Below, piece after piece: positions 58,885-64,000 of a DNA stretch of 64,000 nucleotides (position 1 is the stretch's first letter; every line of letters begins with the position of its first letter). The position numbers and the translations under genes were made by a program. The notes under the pieces were generated by a model, which was given only the letters and a program-made list of their open reading frames with translations, did not search any database and was not told the DNA's origin. Source of the DNA: a bacterium (GTDB lineage Bacteria > Electryoneota > Electryoneia > Electryoneales > Electryoneaceae); contig OY769902.1 in assembly GCA_963669175.1 (NCBI GenBank), forward strand, positions 3,040,001 through 3,104,000, given 5' to 3'.

Positions 58885-60405
58885 ATGAACGAGACATTGA
58901 CCGCAGGCATGCATGTCGGTCGGATACTACCGGAAATCCTGGTTGTAGTCGTGGCGATGGTTGCGATCCTGGTGGATGTGATTCTGCCACGCGGCCGTTC
59001 GACCGGTGCAGTGCGGTTCGTCAGCCTGTTGGGCCTGATTGTCGTGCTGGGCGCAAGTTTCATGCAGCGTGACAACCTGGGACCGGCCTTCGGCGGGATG
59101 GTGCTGGTGGATAATTTCACCCTGTTTTTCCGGGTGATCCTCACCTTCGTCACCTTCATGGTCATTTTTGTCAGCGAACGCTATATCGAACTGCTGAAGA
59201 TGCGCATCGCCGAGTATTACCTGATGCTGCTCTTCGCCCTGTTCGGCATGATGCTGATGGTCATGGGGCAAGACCTGCTGATTATTTTCCTGGGTATTGA
59301 GACCATGTCGGTCTGCCTGTATACCCTGGTTGGCCTGAGTCGCCACAAGATGACCTCCAACGAAGGCGCGTTGAAGTATCTCCTGTTGGGTGCATTTACC
59401 ACAGGTTTCTTCATCTTCGGTATCGCCATGCTGTATGGTTCCATCGGCTTGACTGAGATTCCGGGAACGTCACAGCATTATGCGCCCACGACCCGTATCG
59501 ACAGCATCATGGTCTTCTTCATGACCGTGAATCATGTGCCGATGTTGACCTGGATCGGTGTGGCGTTTATCATGATTGCCTTCCTGTTCAAGGCAGCCAT
59601 TGTACCGTTCCACTGGTGGTCACCGGATGCATATGAAGGCGCTCCGACCACGATCACCGCTTTCATGTCAACCGCTCCGAAAGCAGCAGCCTTTGCCGCG
59701 TTCCTGCGTGTTTTCTACACCGGGTTCGGCACCATTGCGGTTGAGTGGACACAGATCCTCTGGTGGCTGGCCGTGATTACGATGACAGTCGGTAACCTGA
59801 TGGCGTTGCGTCAGGACAGCGTTAAGCGTATGCTGGCTTTCTCGAGTATCACCCATGCCGGTTACCTGTTGATGGCGTTCCTGTCTTTCCGTCCCGGTTC
59901 CTCCGATATGAACGGTGCGGCGGCGATCCTGTTCTACCTGGCGGTGTACGCCATTATGAACATCGGCGCTTTCGTGCTGGCGATTGGTGTGAACAAGGAT
60001 GAAGAAAAGGAAATCGGCTACAGCTTCGATGATTTCAAGGGACTTGCCAGCCGGAAACCATTACCGGCGTTCCTGATGCTGATTTTCATGCTGGCGCTTG
60101 CAGGTATTCCGCCGACAGCAGGATTCTTCGGGAAGTACTACCTGTTCCGTTCTGCAGTGGAAGCCGGGTATGTCGGTCTTGCTGTCATCGGTGTGCTGAA
60201 CAGTGCGGCGAGTGTGTATTACTACTTGCGTGTAGTAGTGAATATGTACATGCGCAAAGAAGATGATGAACGTCCTGCATCGCTTGGCTTCAATGGCGAT
60301 CTCATTCCGGTGGCAATCCTTTGTGCGTTGCTGATCCTGGCGCTGGGTATCCGTCCGGGAATGCTGCTGACAGCGGCACAAGTCAGCGTGTTGTCACTGA
60401 TGTAG
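58885..60405 (+). CDS. nuoN: NADH-quinone oxidoreductase subunit N
   Basis: EGALKY, FK..VPFH.W.PDAYEGAPT, GIPPTAGF. Confidence 0.96.
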   Translation: MNETLTAGMHVGRILPEILVVVVAMVAILVDVILPRGRSTGAVRFVSLLGLIVVLGASFMQRDNLGPAFGGMVLVDNFTLFFRVILTFVTFMVIFVSERYIELLKMRIAEYYLMLLFALFGMMLMVMGQDLLIIFLGIETMSVCLYTLVGLSRHKMTSNEGALKYLLLGAFTTGFFIFGIAMLYGSIGLTEIPGTSQHYAPTTRIDSIMVFFMTVNHVPMLTWIGVAFIMIAFLFKAAIVPFHWWSPDAYEGAPTTITAFMSTAPKAAAFAAFLRVFYTGFGTIAVEWTQILWWLAVITMTVGNLMALRQDSVKRMLAFSSITHAGYLLMAFLSFRPGSSDMNGAAAILFYLAVYAIMNIGAFVLAIGVNKDEEKEIGYSFDDFKGLASRKPLPAFLMLIFMLALAGIPPTAGFFGKYYLFRSAVEAGYVGLAVIGVLNSAASVYYYLRVVVNMYMRKEDDERPASLGFNGDLIPVAILCALLILALGIRPGMLLTAAQVSVLSLM

Positions 60406-60429
60406 TTCTGCTGAGCAACAAGATTATTC

Positions 60430-60461
60430 AACGCGCTTCACATTGTGGGGCGTGTTTTTTT
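60430..60461 (+). terminator. Intrinsic terminator of the nuo operon
   Basis: ACGCGCTTCACA/TGTGGGGCGTGT stem followed by a T-run. Confidence 0.65.
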
Positions 60462-60559
60462 AATGCCAGTCTCTGCTTGCCGTAGATTCTCTGTTTGTTC
60501 CGGTATCGCCATGTGTGTTATTTCTCTGTTTTGCTGACAAGCAGAGGCGGTATTCCTGA

Positions 60560-61240
60560 AACCGCCCCGGCAGGGGCACCCTGTATTAGCCCTGTCTCTT
60601 GCTCACATCTTCGTGTTTCTGCCACCCCAGAGGGGGTGGTATATTTTAGCGTAGGGTTGACGCTGTCTGTTTAGCGTCTACCCTACGAAAAAGATCAAAC
60701 CTTATCTCAACCCTGGAAGGGTTGCATAACGTATAATTTACACCCAATTGGTTTGTATAGAATATAAAATGCGTTATTTCCTGTATTTATTGAACGTACT
60801 AATATGAATCGCGTATTATGCAACCCTTCCAGGGTTGATTATTCGTTAGAATACCTGACATAGTGTACAGGCCAAACAGACGGCCTGTACACTATGCTAA
60901 AATAGGGAATCCCGCCGGGATTCTAAAAATGCTATGTCCACAACTCTTTTACTGATACAGCTTTCAGAAGATGTGGGTAAGAGACAGTGTATTAGCCCCG
61001 GGCAGTCGCCGTCTGTTTGGCGACTACCCGGGGAGATGATTCCCACCATATATTTACTCCGGTAGGAGTAACCTAAGTATTATTAAGGGACTACATCGCG
61101 AATGTTTAGGCAACCCGCTGCCGGGGTTGGCAAGGAGAGCGCATCTTCTCCCACCGTGAGCGCCAAACAGACGGCGCTGGACGGTGGGCTAATTCAGGGA
61201 ACCATTGCCGTGGTTCTTGTGCTGGCCATTGCATCAAGTA
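60560..61240. repeat. REPIN-like element (inverted copy of 31511-31786) split by a MITE
   Basis: 60560-60591 plus 60988-61240 reconstitute the reverse complement of 31511-31786. Confidence 0.8.
60592..60987. mobile_element. 396-bp MITE with IS50/Tn5-like terminal inverted repeats
   Basis: TIRs CTGTCTCTTGCTCACATCTTC / CTGTCTCTTACCCACATCTTC (19/21); 10-bp direct repeat TGTATTAGCC at 60582-60591 and 60988-60997. Confidence 0.85.
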
Positions 61241-61521
61241 TCACTTGAGTGAGGGAGCTTGGCCCGACTGCGTGCAGTCGGGTTCCTGAACGGCCAGTAT
61301 ATCCAGTATCCCGACAGCAAGCAGTCGGGCCAAACGATCTCTTCGTGAAATTTGATCCTGTACACCAAAAATAGTCCGAAAATAATGTTGTTCGGCTTTC
61401 GGATTTTGTCTCACATCAGTATCCTTCCATTTGAATCCTCGCTGACATTGTAGTAACATGTATGCTCCTGTATCTACAGGTGATGATTGTGCAATCCGCA
61501 AAACAAACAGCATTTTATGGC

Positions 61522-62856
61522 ATGAACACAGTAGACGACAGACAACTTTCAACCAGGTGGCGGATGTTCGCGCTTATCTGGAGCAGTGCGTTCGCTTTCA
61601 GCCTGCATACGGGAATATTCCTGCCTCAGCTATTTGCTGCGATTGGCTTCGGGACAGTCCTCGTTGGCCTGATCGCGAAAAAACTCAGTATGCCGGCACG
61701 TCACCCAGTCTGGCTGGTGCTTGCCGGGGCGGTTTTGATCCAGGTTCTGTCTGCATTATTCAGCGGAGATGCCGGGCATTCATTATCTACAGTCGGCAGA
61801 TATTATGCGTTGCCAATAATCGGCGCTTTCAACCTGCTTGTATTATTACGGGACCAGAAATCCATCAATGTTACCGCGACAGCTTTTCTGATCGGGGCTG
61901 CGTTTGGTGGCGCTGTCGGGTTGTTCCAGATATTCGCCGGATTCGATCCGATCTATGGTCAGCATATCACCGGGCCGGACCCAGCGGTTACCTGGATTGA
62001 CATGTACGTCCCACGTGGTCTGCTGAACATGCCGCTGACCTATGCCGGGGTGCAGATGATGGCGGTTGTGTTCTGTCTTCCCTGGTTGATCAAGTATCGT
62101 GGCAAACGGAAAGCCTGGCTGTGGGCGCTGTATGTGGTTGTTGTGTTGTCGCTGCTGTTGGCCGGAAAACGCAGTCCCTGGCTGGGTGGAATGGCCGGTG
62201 TGGGCATGTACTTCCTGACACGCGGTCGCAAGGTTGCTATTATCATGATCCTTGCAGCAATCCTTGGTGGTTCCGGATTGTATGTGATTTCTTCCGGTTT
62301 TCGTGCGCGAGTGCTCAATACGGTACAGCTTCGCACGAACAGCGAGAGCGACCGTATTTATCTCTGGCAGTCGGCGCTGAAAATGATGGGCGATCATCCT
62401 GTGCTGGGTGTGGGGCCGGGGATGTGGCCACGCTATATCGACCAATACCTTCCGGAGAAAGATTATTCGAAATGGATTGTGCGCGTCAATCATGAGACCG
62501 GTGAAATTGAATGCAAAGCCTGGTACAGTAAAGCTCATGCGCACAGTGATCCCATCATGTTGCTCGCCACTACGGGTATCCTTGGACTGTTATCCATCGC
62601 TTCCATTGTATTCCTGTTGTTGGAGGTTGGCGTGCTGGAATTGAGACTAGTGATGTTGACCGACATGAAACGGATATACATGGGAAGTCTGCTGGTCCTG
62701 GTTTCCTTCATGGCAGCATCTTCAATACAGTGTTATCTGTCTGATGGGGAAGACGCGCTGACCCTGTTATTTCTGCTGGGGCTGGGGCTATCGGGACGGC
62801 AGCTTATGATTATTGAGAAAGTAAAGGATACCGCTCTGGATACCAAAGAGGTTTGA
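61522..62856 (+). CDS. O-antigen ligase (Wzy_C) family membrane protein
   Basis: Multi-TM; KRSPW, RIYLW...HPVLGVGPG, HAHSD; start uncertain. Confidence 0.85.
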   Translation: MNTVDDRQLSTRWRMFALIWSSAFAFSLHTGIFLPQLFAAIGFGTVLVGLIAKKLSMPARHPVWLVLAGAVLIQVLSALFSGDAGHSLSTVGRYYALPIIGAFNLLVLLRDQKSINVTATAFLIGAAFGGAVGLFQIFAGFDPIYGQHITGPDPAVTWIDMYVPRGLLNMPLTYAGVQMMAVVFCLPWLIKYRGKRKAWLWALYVVVVLSLLLAGKRSPWLGGMAGVGMYFLTRGRKVAIIMILAAILGGSGLYVISSGFRARVLNTVQLRTNSESDRIYLWQSALKMMGDHPVLGVGPGMWPRYIDQYLPEKDYSKWIVRVNHETGEIECKAWYSKAHAHSDPIMLLATTGILGLLSIASIVFLLLEVGVLELRLVMLTDMKRIYMGSLLVLVSFMAASSIQCYLSDGEDALTLLFLLGLGLSGRQLMIIEKVKDTALDTKEV

Positions 62857-62943
62857 TCCTTTGAACGTATAAATGTGGCTATTCATATAATAAACCGTTA
62901 TTCTATAAGGCAATGAAAGATTCACAGTGTGGTCGGAAGAAGA

Positions 62944-63141
62944 GATGTGGAAAAAGGGGACTGCCTCCTTTCCCTGAAATGAAGCTTTCCCGTTGTGAGA
63001 TAGATTGGGAAAGGTGGCTGTACCCTTTTTCAGGCGAGTGGGCAGGAATTAGAAGGAAAAGGGTACAGCTTCCTTTTCCACAAGTTCTGTGAGAATGTTC
63101 CGTGTTAGCGCGAGGAAAAGGATTCCGTCCCCTTTTCCCGG
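62944..63141. repeat. Inverted doublet of the AAAAGGGGAC...GCTGTACCCTTTT repeat
   Basis: 62944-63034 matches 3260-3350; 63055-63141 is a diverged inverted unit. Confidence 0.75.
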
Positions 63142-63264
63142 TAATCTCATTATAGCGAAAGAGAATCGAGAACAGTTATACCAGTTGTTTCGCCTCCGGT
63201 ATTGTTGATTTCCCTTCCTGATTGCGTACATTGCCACATCTCGGCAAGAACTCAGGGGATTTAC

Positions 63265-64000
63265 GTGTCGCATACGGTTATTATTCATGAACGAAAAGGC
63301 GGGTACTCAGATCGCTGGATCGAGTATTGCCGTGAGAATGAAATCGCTTACAAGGCAATAAATGCGCTGAAGCCGGGCATCATGCGAGAGCTGCAAGACG
63401 GAACTCATTTTTTGTGGCATTTGAATCACCGCGAAACCCGTGAGCTGCTGGTTGGGCCTTCCATTCTTTCCGCAGCGGAAAGAATGGGGATCAGGACGTT
63501 TCCAGATCCCAATACGCGCCTGCCGTTCGAAGACAAAGTCGCCCAGAAGTACCTGTTCGAAGCGCTGGATCTTCCCCTGGTTCCTACGGAAGTGTTTTTA
63601 AGAAAAGACGATGCGTTGCTCTGGGCGGAACGAGTCTCCTGGCCAAAGGTTTTCAAACTCAGGCGTGGTGCTGGATCTCACAATGTGAAAATGATCCATG
63701 ACCGAACAGAAGCGATCAAACTGATAGAACAGGCGTTCAGTACCGGATTCAATCCGGTTGAGAAACCGCTTGGAGATGCACGGGTTAAAGCGAACAAGTT
63801 CAAAAAGAATCCGGTTGAGTTTGTCAAGAAGGTGCCGGGCGGGTTGAGGAAGATCTACAAGCAACGTCAGCTTGGTGTGGTTGAACGTGGCTACTTCTAC
63901 ATCCAGGAATTCATGCCGGACAATGATCATGATACCCGTGTGACCGTGATCGGGAACAGGGTATTTGCATTTCGCAGGCATGTGCGACCGGGTGATTGGC
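63265..64000 (+). CDS. RimK-like ATP-grasp protein (partial, runs off window end)
   Basis: Not in the ORF track. GTG start, MSHTVIIHERKGGYSDRWIEYC..., EDKVAQKYL, WPKVFKLRRGAGSHNV, YIQEFMP.NDHDTRVTVIG. Confidence 0.85.
   Translation, partial: MSHTVIIHERKGGYSDRWIEYCRENEIAYKAINALKPGIMRELQDGTHFLWHLNHRETRELLVGPSILSAAERMGIRTFPDPNTRLPFEDKVAQKYLFEALDLPLVPTEVFLRKDDALLWAERVSWPKVFKLRRGAGSHNVKMIHDRTEAIKLIEQAFSTGFNPVEKPLGDARVKANKFKKNPVEFVKKVPGGLRKIYKQRQLGVVERGYFYIQEFMPDNDHDTRVTVIGNRVFAFRRHVRPGDW

Noticed and set aside
60592-60987. Nextera/Tn5 adapter contamination
   Set aside because: Both ends differ from the mosaic end at 2-3 internal positions, extend by a shared TC, lack adapter tails and are flanked by a target duplication with an empty site elsewhere.

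Overview
This 64-kb chromosomal window comes from a diderm bacterium, most plausibly FCB-superphylum or Calditrichota-related (inferred from a PorV-like protein, a T9SS sorting domain, a type-2 IleRS and a short NuoG). It is mostly housekeeping: fabL-like SDR, rnhB, PNP, TatT, M1 peptidase, yggS-divIVA-ileS-lspA-TPM-NTase-lemA-DUF62-pgi-Crp-like-purF-UbiA-pgsA-like-cysS, amrS, rpiB-glyA, a complete rnfCDGEAB directly followed by nuoA-N, and the start of a surface-polysaccharide locus. The unusual signal is intergenic. (1) An AT-rich GxxExxY PD-(D/E)XK nuclease gene is wedged between nuoH and nuoI inside ~43-bp inverted arms built of four AGGAT repeats. A gene-less copy lies between nuoI and nuoJ, and solo arms occur elsewhere, mostly just after stop codons. 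Together they look like a transposase-less nuclease/repeat mobile system. (2) A 396-bp MITE with Tn5/IS50-like ends and a 10-bp target duplication is nested in a REPIN, and the empty site is present elsewhere in the window. (3) There are several other REP/REPIN and microsatellite families. (4) There is a candidate three-way-junction structured RNA. (5) There is an unannotated 46-aa Zn-ribbon microprotein. No tRNA, rRNA or CRISPR array was recognised. All calls are by eye; no database searches were run.
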